The notes: generated by a model not told the origin, from the letters alone. A stretch of DNA of 64,000 nucleotides from Eledone cirrhosa (GCA_964016885.1 OZ024745.1:133734001-133798000); one strand, 5' to 3'. Shown: positions 40,941-55,628, numbered from the stretch's first letter. Numbers and translations are program-made.

Positions 40941-41794
40941 AGGTGACCTATACTGTTCTTAATTTTTGCTAAATCATCTTCTCGATGACATATTTTCCCA
41001 GCTCACTATCTTTGTTGAGGACACAGCTCTTGTCTTAATGGAAAATCTGATATGTTTGAGAATGTTGAATTGGTCTGATATATTCCAATCATTGGAACGG
41101 GAGCAATCGCATCATATCGATTGCTAAGTCTGCTGACCAGAAAGTTGGTTTGATCTATTATGCCAAAGAAATTTTCAGAGGATATCTTATATTTTATATA
41201 TCTACTATTTGTCCTTTATTGAATACTTCTGTCGCATTTGGTCTCGTACTTCTGTCATGCACCTTGAGAGTCTCGATAAGACGCCTACAGAGAAACTAGG
41301 TAATCATAAGCTTCTATAAATTCTAAGAGGTTTATCTTAATGGACTACCGCAATTTTAACTAGCCCAAGTATTGTGCAACTAAGACCACGCTAAATAATT
41401 ATATTGAAATTCACAGCCATGGGCGCTATCATTTACATAACAGCAATACATACTTCCACACAGTCGTATCATCACACAGGGCTTGTTCATTCCTTCACAT
41501 AATTACACAACGTAAGCCAGCGTGATCTCTTAACGACACACCACACGCAACCACATAATCCAAACCCCCCCATTTACACATAGCACCACATCATCACTTA
41601 CACATGAATTGGTACCCCTAGACAATAACATACAATGTGGGCAGTGTACACTCTACTATTTAGGCATTTAATTTCTGAGTGAATCATAATTTACGATCAA
41701 GCCTAACCTATCGTGAAACTTGAACTAAAACGAATCGTAAACTCCATTATATAGTGTGATCGACCCCAGATGATCAAACATATTTTCACACGTT

Positions 41795-42442
41795 GAAGTT
41801 ACCTTTGCAAAGGAAAACGTTTTCACGGATTAAAATTTCCTTCTAAAAAGTGTTTTTCATTCAGAGAATGAATCCTTCTTTTCAAAGGAAATTATTTCCA
41901 CAGAATGACGACGGCTGTTAAAAAAAAAATAACATTCCCAGTTGAACTCTGCTCCTCAAACGGAAACAAATTTACAAACTAAAATTGACTTATAACATTC
42001 TATGGGTTAAAACTTGCTTCTCAAAGGAAATCATTTTCTCAGGGTGAAATATGCTTCTCAAAGGAATATATTTTCGCAAAAGAAAATAGTTTTCGATTGC
42101 TCAAACCTGTTTCTGAAAGGAAACCATATTCGGAGGTAGAAATATCTTTCTCAAAGGAAATATTTTTAACAGTCTCTGACCTGCTTCTCAAAGCGAAAAG
42201 CATTTGACATGGAATCAGTTTCAGAAATATTATTTTTCGGTTGCGTTACAATGCAAATCATTTTCTCGAAGAAAACAATTTCACAAGTTGAAAACTCTAT
42301 CACAAAAGAAAAAAAAACAATTCACAGGCAGAAACCTGCTTCTTAAAGATGGGGACATCGCGAGATGAAAGATACTCTCAAATAAAAGATAAAAACATTT
42401 CTCAAAGCAAAATAGATTCACAGCTTAAACCTGCTTCTCAAT
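41795..42442. repeat. Old degenerate minisatellite
   Basis: Recurrent aaacctgcttctcaaaggaaa-like motif at roughly 40-bp multiples. Confidence 0.6.
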
Positions 42443-42846
42443 TTGCCATATTTCTGCTCTGCACTTCATTATTTGTTATTCAATGCTATTTTTCTCAAAT
42501 GATCGACTGTTACCAGCCACCATTCACCAATGATCTGCGAAAGAATTTCCCAATTTAAAGTTTTAATAGCCAAGAGCAGAGGTTTAACTTTCGTGGTGTA
42601 CCTGTTTATCTGCTTTCTTCCGGGAACTCTTACGGAGAACTAATTCTCCGTATTAAAGTATATCTGAAAAACAAAGAAACAATAAATATCAAAGTATAAC
42701 TAGATTAATAACTTCGACTAAACAAGCTGCTGATAAATATCAAATAACTCCATTAAAAAAATAGGCCGAGTTCAGTCGGAATACTACCAGATTGAAGCAA
42801 ACAATATACGAAACAGTAGAAATGAAATGACCAAAATACTTGTAAC

Positions 42847-42998
42847 AGAGAGGTTAACAGATTAATCTAACCTCCCTGTGTGTTGGTCTGACCAGTAATA
42901 GAGAGGTTAACAGCTTAATCTAACCTCCCTGTGTGTTGGAAGACGAGTAATAGAGAAGTTAACAGCTTATTCTGCCCTCCCTGTGTCTGACCAGCAAA
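42847..42998. repeat. About 53-bp tandem repeat, about 3 copies
   Basis: agagaggttaacag.ttaatctaacctccctgtgtgttgg repeated. Confidence 0.85.
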
Positions 42999-43047
42999 GC
43001 ATCGTGCATGCTATGAACTAGATTCAGCAATGAAATGAACTCACGCT

Positions 43048-43472
43048 CCTCCATGTACGTCAATACTCATCTTTTTCCATTTCTCCGAGGGTTCTTAACC
43101 CCACTATCAGGCTAAATAATTTCTTTAATTTCTTTAGTCAAAATACGGCGATAGCTTACATTTCTAATAATTTCAAACCCACTCGCTGTTTCGAAAATAT
43201 TCTTACTAGACATTACGGTCGCTAAGTTTATAGCTTCTAATTTGAATGGAAAGAGACGGGTGATGTGTTGGTGTAAATGGTAGCACAGTGGTCCGGATAA
43301 TCAAAGATGTGGGTTCGACTCCCATATACGTCAATACTCATCTTTTTTCCATTTCTCCGAGGGTTCTTAACCCCACTATCAGGCTAAATAATTTCTTTAT
43401 TCAAAATACGGTGATAGCTTACATTTCTAATAATTTCAAACCCACACGCTGTTTCGAAAATATTCTTCTTGA
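43048..43472 (+). mobile_element. Partial tandem repeat carrying a tRNA-like sequence
   Basis: 43050-43210 repeats at 43321-43472; third copy folded back at 48697-48930. Confidence 0.75.
43262..43333 (+). tRNA. tRNA-like cloverleaf, probably pseudo-tRNA (loop reads GGA)
   Basis: Acceptor GATGTGT/ATACGTC, D arm GTGT/GCAC, T arm GTGGG-TTCGACT-CCCAT, T6 run about 10 nt downstream; C33 and T37 are non-canonical. Confidence 0.6.
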
Positions 43473-43487
43473 TATATATATATATAT

Positions 43488-43680
43488 GAAAAGAGTCAGA
43501 ACCCCGGGTGCAGAACTCAAGTCGTTTCGGCAGCTATTTGTGGACACGAAATAGCTGTCGAAACGGCTTCAGTTCTGCCGTCGGGGTTCTGACTCTTTTC
43601 CTATTACCCACTCTACTACCCAAAGTAAAAGTATCGAGTACTCTGGTCCACCTGGTTCCTTACCATACTTCCTTCGTTAT
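43488..43680. mobile_element. Fold-back element family D
   Basis: Imperfect arms 43488-43600 plus full tail; (TA)n on both sides. Confidence 0.8.
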
Positions 43681-44116
43681 ATATATATATATGTGTGTGT
43701 ACGTAGGTATATATATATATATACGATACTATGGTTCAATATATAGATAATCCAATATTGATACACTTTTCATAATTTAAAACTATAATTTTTACATCTT
43801 CCTATTTAGTATTTTTTTTATTAAATTCAAACAAGATTTTAACTTTTAATTTCTAATTTCCAATCTTATTACTAATTTTAATTTTAATTTCCATTTTGAG
43901 ACAATATCTTGACTAAAGGATTAAGTCTATATTCTCGTTGTGAGTGATGGTCAATTCTATTGAAACTTATACTCTACCTCCAGATTTGGTCGGCTCCTGC
44001 TGAACGTGGGACTATCAGTAAACTATAACTTAGTGGCAGACGTGAACCCTGTAACCGTGTGACCTTACTGGCTGGGTTAGGGGAGATTGGTTAGGGAGGG
44101 TCTTGCCTAGGCTACT

Positions 44117-44309
44117 TTCGTTGTCTTAGGTAGTAGTTAGATGGTAAACTTCCTTCATACTTGCGCCTGGGCAAAGCTGTGGAGGGGAATTAAGGCTCCC
44201 AACGGAACGGGTGAAGGTTTCAAAATCATCAACTTTGTCCGTTCCCTTGACGTTTTCATTTGGATTGCCTCGAGAACGTAACCTTATTATGTAAGAAGCT
44301 GTCTGGTGA
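44117..44309 (+). ncRNA. Structured module, homolog of 21250-21441, truncated at the HHR core
   Basis: Two hairpins conserved with compensatory changes; ends AGCTGT-CTGGTGA then (TA)n. Confidence 0.55.
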
Positions 44310-44514
44310 GATCAGATATATATGCGTGTGTGTGTGTGTATTTACATATATACATTTATATATATATTTATATATAACCAAAACACCACACCACGCAACT
44401 CACACCATTGCTCCCCACCACTACCATGTTACTATGATCACCCCACCCCCACCTACCATACATACCAAAACATTCCTCATAACTAAAAACCAATCGAAAC
44501 AACATAAACTGACC

Positions 44515-44690
44515 AACATATGAAGGTTAATGACCCAGAAACATGTTGATTGTTCCTCAAAGCCAGTGTTGAACAGACAGGTGTCGATCGGTCACCGGAA
44601 CGACACAGCTTCAAATCGAACCGTTTGTATACAAACGAATCGAACATTATTTTTAATGTTCGATATAACCTATACGTAACATATGTATAT
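44515..44690 (+). mobile_element. Diverged relative of the 1544/2200 unit
   Basis: GAAACATGTT..cagtgttgaaca..gtttgtatacaaac + terminal hairpin + atacgta in the same order. Confidence 0.6.
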
Positions 44691-44739
44691 GTGAGTGTGT
44701 ATGTATATATACATGTGTGTGTATGTGTGCATACTTACA

Positions 44740-44797
<58 letters not shown>

Positions 44798-44806
44798 TAT
44801 ATATAC

Positions 44807-44898
<92 letters not shown>

Positions 44899-45541
44899 AA
44901 GATGAATATAAAATGAAAGTGCTTTTATAGAGGAATTTATTAGGTATTGACATATGTTTCTGTAACAGACGGATTACCTATGTATCGCTGCTTGTGTAAT
45001 CATATAATGTTAGCAAGTATTCGATAGCAAATGTATAATCAGTTGTCACTTCTTCAGAGATATTGGATAAATTGGAAAAAATCAGAAAAATTGAAGTATT
45101 TATATTACTTGTAAGAAAGGAAGAAGAGAGGGGATAGTATATGACAGATGGCAATTCAATTTACTGGTAAACAAATATATAGAAGGTTTCTAATGAGAAT
45201 ACAATGAGTATATGGCTTATTTTATCTAAATAAGAATTTTTGGGAGTGCCTATTTTAATCTATACTTGACCAATTGAACAATGGACAGGGCTGGTCGTTT
45301 AGTGCAGTAGTATTAATAGATATAAAGTGTCAATTAAGGAAGAGGGTGATTTTCCCTGCTACTGTATAACAACAATACTGGTAGCCTGCTGGTATATGCA
45401 TTAGGGAATTGAATTAAGAAATCTCATTTTGTCTATAGCAGTTTATATTAAATGGTAAAGAATAGAAGAGTTGATAGAATTAAGACTAATAGAGAATGTT
45501 AATATGTATTTTGACAATCAAACGGAGATGGAGACAAGCGT

Positions 45542-46033
45542 TCAATCCTGGTAGCGTTTGTAATATGAAAATGTAGATTTCAAGCGATGGTTACAGTATA
45601 ACGATCGCTCTATTCTGTTATTTAATAAAATATTTTTGGATTTCATAATACAAAATAATTCAATATTACACAATTTACAAAATTCTTGTCCTTGGAAATA
45701 TGCAGAGGCAGCCACTATTATATCCCATTTTAGGTTAAATTGTTGGTTATTTTCGCGCAGCTGCCAAGCCTTGTCTGCGAGTGTTGTTACATAACGCTGG
45801 TTTTTATGTTTTATCGAGTAACGATGTCTATAAAGGCGAGATTCGTAGGAGGTAGCTGTCGACCCCACATAGTACCACTTCTGGCTACCCGATTCGATAG
45901 TGCATTTGTATATGATGTTGCGTTCAAGACACTGATTATTCAACGGACACATTCCTGGTTGGACACAGTTACAGTTATAATTTTGCGTTGTTGTATTGGC
46001 ATGGATGGGTTGATGAGGTTGCTTAGGCAGCAT
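45542..46033 (-). pseudogene. PLE GIY-YIG endonuclease, frameshifted from RT
   Basis: CNC....CPL...CL..NIIYKC......YYVGST....RL..H, CKLC..E, LLNNR. Confidence 0.88.
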
Positions 46034-46960
46034 GGGATGTTGTTTGTTGTTTTGTGATGTTATAGCCGATTTTTTTACGTGTATTGTTATGTGTTGGAAG
46101 GCGTTTATACAACCGTTTTGCGTTAAGCTTTTTTATATGTTTTTCAATATTAGGGGCGGTTGAATATGAAAGTCGAATAGTGTTAGGGTTTAAGATTTTA
46201 TTATATTTATGTGATGTTGGAAAGTGAACTAATCGAAAGAATTGTGAGGGTAGATTGGTTTTAATAGAGTTGTTATAGACCGGGTTGTACCATATATACT
46301 CTTTACATCGCCTTCTGTTTTGTGGTGAGCGACTATTAGTGTGTCTATTGTGGTAGTGTATGTAGGGTGGCGATTCTATGCTATTTCTACCTCTATGAGA
46401 TTTATTTTGGGTGTTTCGGTGATCATCGACTATATACTCTATATTATCTAGGTGTCCAGCCTTCCTAAGTGCATCATCATAATATTCGGCATGTTCTTTG
46501 AAGGTTTGCTGGTTGGACGACAGGCGGGAGATTCTAAGGGAAATATTTCTAGGGATGGATTTAATTATAGAGGGTAGATGGTTAGAACCCGTATTTACAT
46601 ATTTAAGGTTCTCATTTAGTTTATGGAACAGTTTAATCGTTTCTGTATTGAGATTCAAAGTAACATCAAGGAAATTAACCTCTTTGAGGTTATATTCAAA
46701 CGTAATATTTAATCCTAGTTCCTTAAAAAGCTTTCTAATATTTTTACGCATCCTTTCTAAATTCTGGTTATTCATATGCTTAACTAATAGGAGCGCATCG
46801 TCACGTTATTCATATGCTTAACTAATAGGAGCGCATCTCCACCGTGGAGATCCTTGAATGTTCCTTGTAGTCTGTGGGTGAGATAAATTCCCACAAGATC
46901 AGTTACTTCCGCCGAATCATTGGAACCCATAGTTATATCAAAATTAGAAGGTCTATCAAT
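46023..46960 (-). pseudogene. PLE reverse transcriptase C-terminal half
   Basis: [20 protein letters not shown] (motif B'), RDDALL, VNFLDVTLNL, YVNTGSNH.P; local duplication disrupts the catalytic motif. Confidence 0.88.
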
Positions 46961-47041
46961 TTATACTCGTTGAGCAAACCTACACGTACGCTGTTCATCT
47001 CTAACGTGACGATATATTATCACTACATTATTGATAACTTG

Positions 47042-47162
<121 letters not shown>

Positions 47163-48202
47163 TATACATATATATATATATACATATATATATATATGGG
47201 AGTGAGAGAAATGGAATGTTATGTTGAATGGATTCATTCATTTTATTTTGGGCATTTTGCCGTCTTGAGAGAATCCCTTAACGACTATCGTATTCTAAAT
47301 ATATCAAACTAAAATCATGTTTACTCATGTCCATATTTACAATTCTTTATATTTTATCCAATGATTTATTTGTTCATCTTAGAGCGACATATTTTTACGT
47401 GGTTATCAAAACGATAGTTATACTTTTTATAGATATTGTAGTCAATCTGCATAATTCCATAGAGATTTCAGATCCATAATGATATCACATTCTAAGCACC
47501 AATTCTTGTTCTATCAATGGCAATAAATATCAAGACGGGTTAATATTTAGATGAGAGATACTTTAATTGATTCATGTGCTATTTGGATCTACTTTTATGA
47601 GGAACGCAGAGAATAAATGAATAAATTTCAGTGAGCTTAGTGTAGAAGGTTGGTTTACATATAACATTCCCTCCATTTCACATACGATAGTAATTAATTT
47701 AGACAGGAGTGTCAGAGATCCCATTTTCACTCCCTTTGAAATTAACGTTCCTCATTACTCACTGCTAGATACCACTAATTAAGAATAGCCAATCAGACTC
47801 GAAGACATTTGATGTTTGAGCATATGTATATATATTATCATTTATCACATGCACGTTATATAAGGTAACATGATTGTTCTGCTCCTCTCTTATATTGCAA
47901 CATTCCAATTCAATAGAATTGAGTTTAAGTTTAATCTCAAAGACAGAAAAAGCACTCCTTGCAACATTGGTATTTTCTTCAGGAAATAGAGATGCCGTCA
48001 ACAAATAGTAGCACCAGGTAGTATGGATATATGCATATATATATATATGTATATATATATATTCAGGTTTGAGGTTCACCACTGTATAGAGCTGGTCTAT
48101 TCCGTATGGTCAATCGTAATGTAATAATATAGAGAGTACTCAACGTAAAGCAGTTCAACCGTCTTTGTTTTTGTAGTTGGTGGTGCTAGTACGGAGTTAA
48201 AT

Positions 48203-48357
48203 ATTATAATGAAATGACAGGAGGCTGGATCTGTGTGAATCCTTGAAAGGTTTATTATACTCTGATCATTTCAATGACCGGGTTCCGTATGAAATGATCA
48301 TAGTATAATAAACCTTTCAAGGATTACAGATCCAGCCTCCTGTCATTTCATTATAAT
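48203..48357. mobile_element. Fold-back element family E
   Basis: About 70-bp inverted arms; spacer ATGA-C-CGG-gtt-CCG-TA then T-GAAA-TGATCA-TA (truncated HHR). Confidence 0.8.
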
Positions 48358-48538
48358 TGTTTCTACTTTAGGCACAAGGCCAGCAATTACCCAGTACATT
48401 ACTGGTACTTTATCTTATCGACCCCGTAAGGATGAAAGGCAAAGTTAACCTCGACGGGATTTGAACTCAGACCGTAAAGGGACGTAACTATGCTGGAAAG
48501 CATGGCGTCCGACTCTCTACCGATACTGCCAATCCACC
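48358..48538 (-). mobile_element. SINE S1 with 16-bp TSD, inserted into the family E tail
   Basis: GTCATTTCATTATAAT at 48342-48357 and 48539-48554. Confidence 0.92.
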
Positions 48539-48560
48539 GTCATTTCATTATAATATTATT

Positions 48561-48930
<370 letters not shown>

Positions 48931-48942
48931 ATATATATATAT

Positions 48943-49157
48943 AGTAATAATAATAAATGTGAAGACTAAAATCCAAAGAGTGCTGGATAAGGATGAATAT
49001 ATATCAAAGATATAAGAACCCTAGAGCAAATATTTATTAAAATAACAGATTAAAGTTTAAGCAAAGAATCGCTGCTTTCACAGATTGATTTTTTTAGTTT
49101 CAGAAGATCCCGTTAAGGAAGAAAGCAGCGATTCTTTGCTTAAACTTTAATCTGCTA

Positions 49158-49165
<8 letters not shown>
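48943..49165. mobile_element. Fold-back element family A
   Basis: Arms about 49036-49079 / 49121-49164; CAGAAGA HHR-like motif at 49096-49146. Confidence 0.8.
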
Positions 49166-49198
<33 letters not shown>

Positions 49199-49207
49199 GT
49201 ATATATA

Positions 49208-49258
<51 letters not shown>

Positions 49259-49263
<5 letters not shown>

Positions 49264-49360
49264 CGAGTAGGACCCCGACGGCTGAGCTCAAGCCGTTTCG
49301 ACGGCTAATTCTGGACTAGCCGTCGAAACGGCTTGAGCTCAGCCGTCGGGGTCCTACTCG

Positions 49361-49365
<5 letters not shown>
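49259..49365. mobile_element. Symmetric family D hairpin
   Basis: Perfect 49-bp arms with 9-nt spacer attctggac, inside (TA)n. Confidence 0.9.
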
Positions 49366-49422
<57 letters not shown>

Positions 49423-49601
49423 AAAACAATAGACTTCGGCGAGAAAGGTGAGTAAGAACTTATTGGCTTTAACATATGTTTCTTAACAAATATAATAATA
49501 GTCTACATATGCTGACTACAATATATATTGTTCAATTATATGCAATACTTAATTATTCATCTCACATCCTCAGAAACCTTAAAATTGTTTGTTGTAGGGT
49601 C

Positions 49602-49673
<72 letters not shown>

Positions 49674-49722
49674 GAGAGAGAGAGAGGGGGGGGGCGTGGA
49701 GAGAGGCGAGAGAGATATTGAA

Positions 49723-49858
49723 GACTAGAATTGTTTCGTTCGAATGAAACAGTTCTAGTCCTGCAGAAGCCACTTCTATATTAAATTCGATGCATACATG
49801 CTACTAATGTCCTGAGTACCTTACTTACTGTGGTTACCCCCGATTGAACCCGTGACTC
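49723..49858 (+). mobile_element. Family B fold-back and tail
   Basis: GACTAGAATTGTTTCGTTC/GAATGAAACAGTTCTAGTC palindrome followed by the B tail. Confidence 0.75.
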
Positions 49859-49899
49859 ACACACACACACATACGTATATATATATATATATATATATA

Positions 49900-50084
49900 T
49901 AACAAAGGAATTGTGGTAAGAAACTAGATGGACCATAACGCACCAGAGTACTCAATACTTATGCTAGTAGAGTGGGGAATAGGAAAAAGTATGACCCCGA
50001 CGGCAGAGCTCAAGCCGTTTCGACGACTATTTCTGAAATAGCCGTAGAAACGGCTTGAGCTCTGCCGTCGGGGTCATACTTTTT

Positions 50085-50088
<4 letters not shown>
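49900..50088. mobile_element. Fold-back element family D
   Basis: Arms 49980-50088; colinear with 25546-25721. Confidence 0.85.
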
Positions 50089-50170
<82 letters not shown>

Positions 50171-50407
50171 GAGAGAGATTGATAGATAGACAGATAGACA
50201 GATAGACGTGCATGAGCATGTATCTATGCATGAATGTGTGTGAGTGTATGTGTGTGTGTATGTGTGTTTGTGTGTGTGTGTGTGGAGATCATTTACGTCA
50301 TTGGGACAGGTGGTGTTTCAATTCAGGTCTAAATGCCAACAGCTATTTCGCGCGTAATTGCAATTTCTCTTCGGTTAATATATTAGTGGGATATGTGTGT
50401 CTGTCTC

Positions 50408-53400
50408 TGTATGTTAGTGTATGTGTGGGGCTGGGTGTATATATGTTAGTGTATGTGTGGGGCTGGGTGTATATATGTTAGTGTATCTGTGGAGCTGGGT
50501 GTATATATGTTAGTGTATTTGTGGAGCTGGGTGTATATATGTTAGTGTATGTGTGGGGCTGGGTGTATATATGTTAGTATATGTGTGGGGCTGGGTGTAT
50601 ATATGTTAGTATATGTGTGGGGCTGGGTGTATATATGTTAGTGTATCTGTGGAACTGGGTGTATATATGTTAGTGTATGTGTGGGGCTGGGTGTATATAT
50701 GCTAGTGTATGTGTGGGGCTGGGTGTATATATGTTAGTGTATGTGTGGGGCTGGGTGTATATATGCTAGTGTATGTGTGGAACTGGGTGTATATATGTTA
50801 GTGTATATGTGGAGCTGGGTGTATATATGTTAGTGTATATGTGGAGCTGGGTGTATATATGTTAGTATATGTGTGGAGCTGGGTGTATATATGTTAGTGT
50901 ATGTGTGGGGCTGGGTGTATATATGCTAGTGTATGTGTGGAGCTGGGTGTATATATGCTAGTGTATTTGTGGGGCTGGGTGTATATATGTTAGTGTATGT
51001 GTGGAGCTGGGTCTATATATGTTAGTGTATCTGTGGAACTGGGTGTATATATGTTAGTATATGTGTGGGGCTGGGTGTATATATGTTAGTATATATGTGG
51101 GGCTGGGTGTATATATGTTAGTGTACCTGTGGAGCTGGGTGTATATATGTTAGTGTATGTGTGGGGCTGGGTCTATATATGTTAGTGTACCTGTGGAGCT
51201 GGGTGTATATATGTTAGTGTATGTGTGGAGCTGGGTGTATATATGTTAGTATATGTGTGGGGCTGGGTGTATATATGTTAGTGTATCTGTGGAGCTGGGT
51301 GTATATATGTTAGTGTATGTGTGGAGCTGGGTGTATATATGTTAGTGTATGTGTGGAGCTGGGTGTATATATGTTAGTGTATCTGTGGAGCTGGGTGTAT
51401 ATATGTTAGTGTATGTGTGGAGCTGGGTGTATATATGTTAGTGTATCTGTAGAGCTGGGTGTATATATGTTAGTGTATATGTGGAGCTGGGTGTATATAT
51501 GTTACTATATGTGTGGAGCTGGGTGTATATATGTTAGTGTATCTGTGGAACTGGGTGTATATATGTTAGTGTATGTGGGGAGCTGGGTGTATATATATTA
51601 GTGTATGTGTGGAGCTGGGTGTATATATATTAGTATATGTGTGGGGCTGGGTGTATATATGTTAGTGTATCTGTGGAACTGGGTGTATATATGTTAGTGT
51701 ATGTGTGGAGCTGGCTGTATATATGTTAGTATATGTGTGGAGCTGGGTGTATATATGTTAGTGTATGTGTGGAGCTGGGTGTATATATGTTAGTGTATCT
51801 GTGGAACTGGGTGTATATATGTTAGTGTATCTGTGGAACTGGGTGTATATATGTTAGTGTATGTGTGGGGCTGGGTGTATATATGTTAGTATATGTGTGG
51901 AGCTGGGTGTATATATGTTAGTGTATCTGTGGAACTGGGTGTATATATGTTAGTGTATGTGTGGAGCTGGGTGTATATATGCTAGTGTATGTGTGGAGCT
52001 GGGTGTATATATGTTAGTGTATCTGTGGAGCTGTGTGTATATATGTTAGTATATCTGTGGAGCTGGGTCTATATATGTTAGTATATGTGTGGAGCTGGGT
52101 GTATATATGTTAGTGTATATGTGGAGCTGGGTGTATATATGTTAGTATATGTGTGGAGCTGGGTGTATATATGCTAGTGTATGTGTGGTGCTGGGTGTAT
52201 ATATGCTAGTGTATCTGTGGAGCTGGGTGTATATATGTTAGTGTATGTGTGGGGCTGGGTGTATATATGTTAGTGTATGTGTGGTGCTGGGTGTATATAT
52301 GTTAGTATATGTGTGGAGCTGGGTGTATATATATTAGTGTATGTGTGGGGCTGGGTGTATATATGCAAGTGTATGTGTGGAGCTGGGTGTATATATGTTA
52401 GTATATGTGTGGGGCTGGGTGTATATATGCTAGTGTATGTGTGGAGCTGGGTGTATATATGTTACTGTATGTGTGGGGCTGGGTGTATAAATGTTAGTAT
52501 ATGTGTGGAGCTGGGTGTATATATATTAGTATATGTGTGGAGCTGGGTGTATATATGCTAGTGTATGTGTGGAGCTGGGTGTATATATGTTAGTGTATCT
52601 GTGGAGCTGGGTGTATATATGTTAGTGTATATGTGGAGCTGGGTGTATATATGTTAGTGTATATGTGGGGCTGGATGTATATATGTTAGTGTATGTGTGG
52701 AGCTGGGTGTATATATACTAGTATATGTGTGGAGCTGGGTGTATATATGTTAGTGTATATGTGGAGCTGGGTGTATATATGCTAGTGTATGTGTGGAGCT
52801 GGGTGTATATATGCTAGTGTATTTGTGGAGCTGGGTGTATATATGTTAGTGTATGTGTGGAGCTGGGTGTATATATGTTAGTGTATCTGTGGAGCTGGGT
52901 GTATATATGTTAGTGTATATGTGGAGCTGGGTGTATATATGTTAGTGTATATGTGGAGCTGGGTGTATATATGTTAGTGTATCTGTGGAGCTGGGTGTAT
53001 ATATGTTAGTGTATGTGTGGAGCTGGGTGTATATATGTTAGTGTATGTGTGGAGCTGGGTGTATATATGTTAGTATATGTGTGGAGCTGGGTGTATATAT
53101 ATTAGTGTATCTGTGGAGCTGGGTGTATGTATATTAGTATATGTGTGGAGCTGGGTGTATATATGCTAGTGTATTTGTGGAGCTGGGTGTATATATGTTA
53201 GTGTGTGTGGAGATGGGTGTATATATGTTAGTGTATTTGTGGAGCTGGGTGTATATATGCTAGTGTATTTGTGGAGCTGGGTGTATATATATTAGTGTAT
53301 GTGTGGAGCTGGGTGTATATATGTTAGTGTATGTGTGGGGCTGGGTGTATGTATGTTAGTGTATCTGTGGAGCTGGGTGTATATATGTTAGTGTATGTGT

Positions 53401-55628
53401 GGAGCTGGGTGTATATATGCTAGTGTATTTGTGGAGCTGGGTGTATATATGTTAGTGTATGTGTGGAGCTGGGTGTATATATGTTAGTGTATGTGTGGAA
53501 CTGGGTGTATATATGTTAGTGTATGTGTGGAGCTGGGTGTATATATGTTAGTATATGTGTGGGGCTGGGTGTATATATGTTAGTGTATCTGTGGAGCTGG
53601 GTGTATATATGTTAGTGTATGTGTGGAGCTGGGTGTATATATGCTAGTGTATGTGTGGTGCTGGGTGTATATATGCTAGTGTATCTGTGGAGCTGGGTGT
53701 ATATATGTTAGTGTATGTGTGGTGCTGGGTGTATATATGTTAGTATATGTGTGGAGCTGGGTGTATATATATTAGTGTATGTGTGGGGCTGGGTGTATAT
53801 ATGCTAGTGTATTTGTGGAGCTGGGTATATATATATTAGTGTATGTGTGGAGCTGGGTGTATATATGCTAGTGTATGTGTGGAGCTGGGTGTATATATGT
53901 TAGTGTATATGTGGAGCTGGGTGTATATATGTTAGTGTATGTGTGGAGCTGGGTGTATATATGTTAGTGTATGTGTGGAGCTGGGTGTATATATACTAGT
54001 AAATGTGTTGAGCTGGGTGTATATATGCTAGTGTATTTGTGGAGCTGGGTGTATATATGTTAGTGTATGTGTGGAGCTGGGTGTATATATGTTAGTGTAT
54101 GTGTGGAGCTGGGTGTATATATGTTAGTGTATGTATGGAGCTGGGTGTATATATACTAGTAAATGTGTGGAGCTGGGTGTATATATGCTAGTGTATTTGT
54201 GGAGCTGGGTGTATATATATTAGTGTATGTGTGGAGCTGGGTGTATATATGCTAGTGTATGTGTGGAGCTGGGTGTATATATGTTAGTGTATATGTGGAG
54301 CTGGGTGTATATATGTTAGTGTATGTGTGGAGCTGGGTGTATATATGTTAGTGTATGTGTGGAGCTGGGTGTATATATGTTAGTGTATGTGTGGAGCTGG
54401 GTGTATATATGTTAGTGTATGTGTGGAACTGGGTGTATATATGCTAGTGTATGTATGGAGATGGGTGTATATATATTAGTGTATGTGTGGGGCTGGGTCT
54501 ATATATGCTAGTGTATGTGTGGAGCTGGGTGTATATATGTTAGTGTATGTGTGGAGCTGGGTGTATATATGTTAGTATATGTGTGGGGCTGGGTGTATAT
54601 ATGTTAGTCTATATGTGGAGCTGGGTGTATATATGTTAGTGTATGTGTGGAGCTGGGTGTATATATGCTAGTGTATGTGTGGAGCTGGGTGTATATATGT
54701 TAGTGTATGTGTGGATCTGGGTGTATCTATGTTAGTGTATGTGTGGAGCTGGGTGTATATATGTTAGTGTATCTGTGGAGCTGGGTGTATATATGTTAGT
54801 GTATATGTGGAGCTGGGTGTATATATGTTAGTGTATGTGTGGAGCTGGGTGTATATATGTTAGTGTATGTGTGGTGCTGGTTGTATATATGCTAGTGTAT
54901 GTGTGGAGCTGGGTGTATATATGCTAGTGTATGTGTGGAGCTGGGTGTATATATGCTAGTGTATGTGTGGAGCTGGGTGTATATATATTAGTGTATGTGT
55001 GGAGCTGGGTGTATATATGTTAGTGTATGTGTGGGGCTGGGTCTATATATGCTAGTATATGTGTGGAGCTGGGTGTATATATGCTAGTGTATGTGTGGAG
55101 CTGGGTGTATATATATTAGTGTATGTGTGGAGCTGGGTGTATATATGTTAGTATATGTGTGGGGCTGGGTGTATATATGTTAGTGTATCTGTGGAGCTGG
55201 GTGTATATATATTAGTGTATGTGTGGAGCTGGGTGTATATATGTTAGTGTATGTGTGGGGCTGGGTCTATATATGCTAGTATATGTGTGGAGCTGGGTGT
55301 ATATATATTAGTGTATGTGTGGGGCTGGGTGTATATATGCTAGTGTATGTGTGGAGCTGGGTGTATATATGTTAGTGTATATGTGGAGCTGGGTGTATAT
55401 ATGTTAGTGTATGTGTGGAGCTGGGTGTATATATGCTAGTATATGTGTGGAGCTGGGTGTATATATATTAGTGTATGTGTGGGGCTGGGTCTATATATGT
55501 TAGTGTATGTGTGGAGCTGGGTGTATATATGTTAGTATATGCGTGGAGCTGGGTGTATATATGTTAGTGTATGTGTGGAGCTGGGTGTATATATGTTAGT
55601 GTATGTGTGGACCTGGGCGTATATATGC
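50408..55628. repeat. 30-bp minisatellite, about 170 copies
   Basis: ATATGTTAGTGTATGTGTGGAGCTGGGTGT with point variants. Confidence 0.97.

Noticed and set aside
44044-44100. Telomeric TTAGGG pair or telomerase-template-like AACCCT
   Set aside because: Only two hexamers; better explained as a stem (CCCTGTAACC/GGTTAGGG) in the structured element
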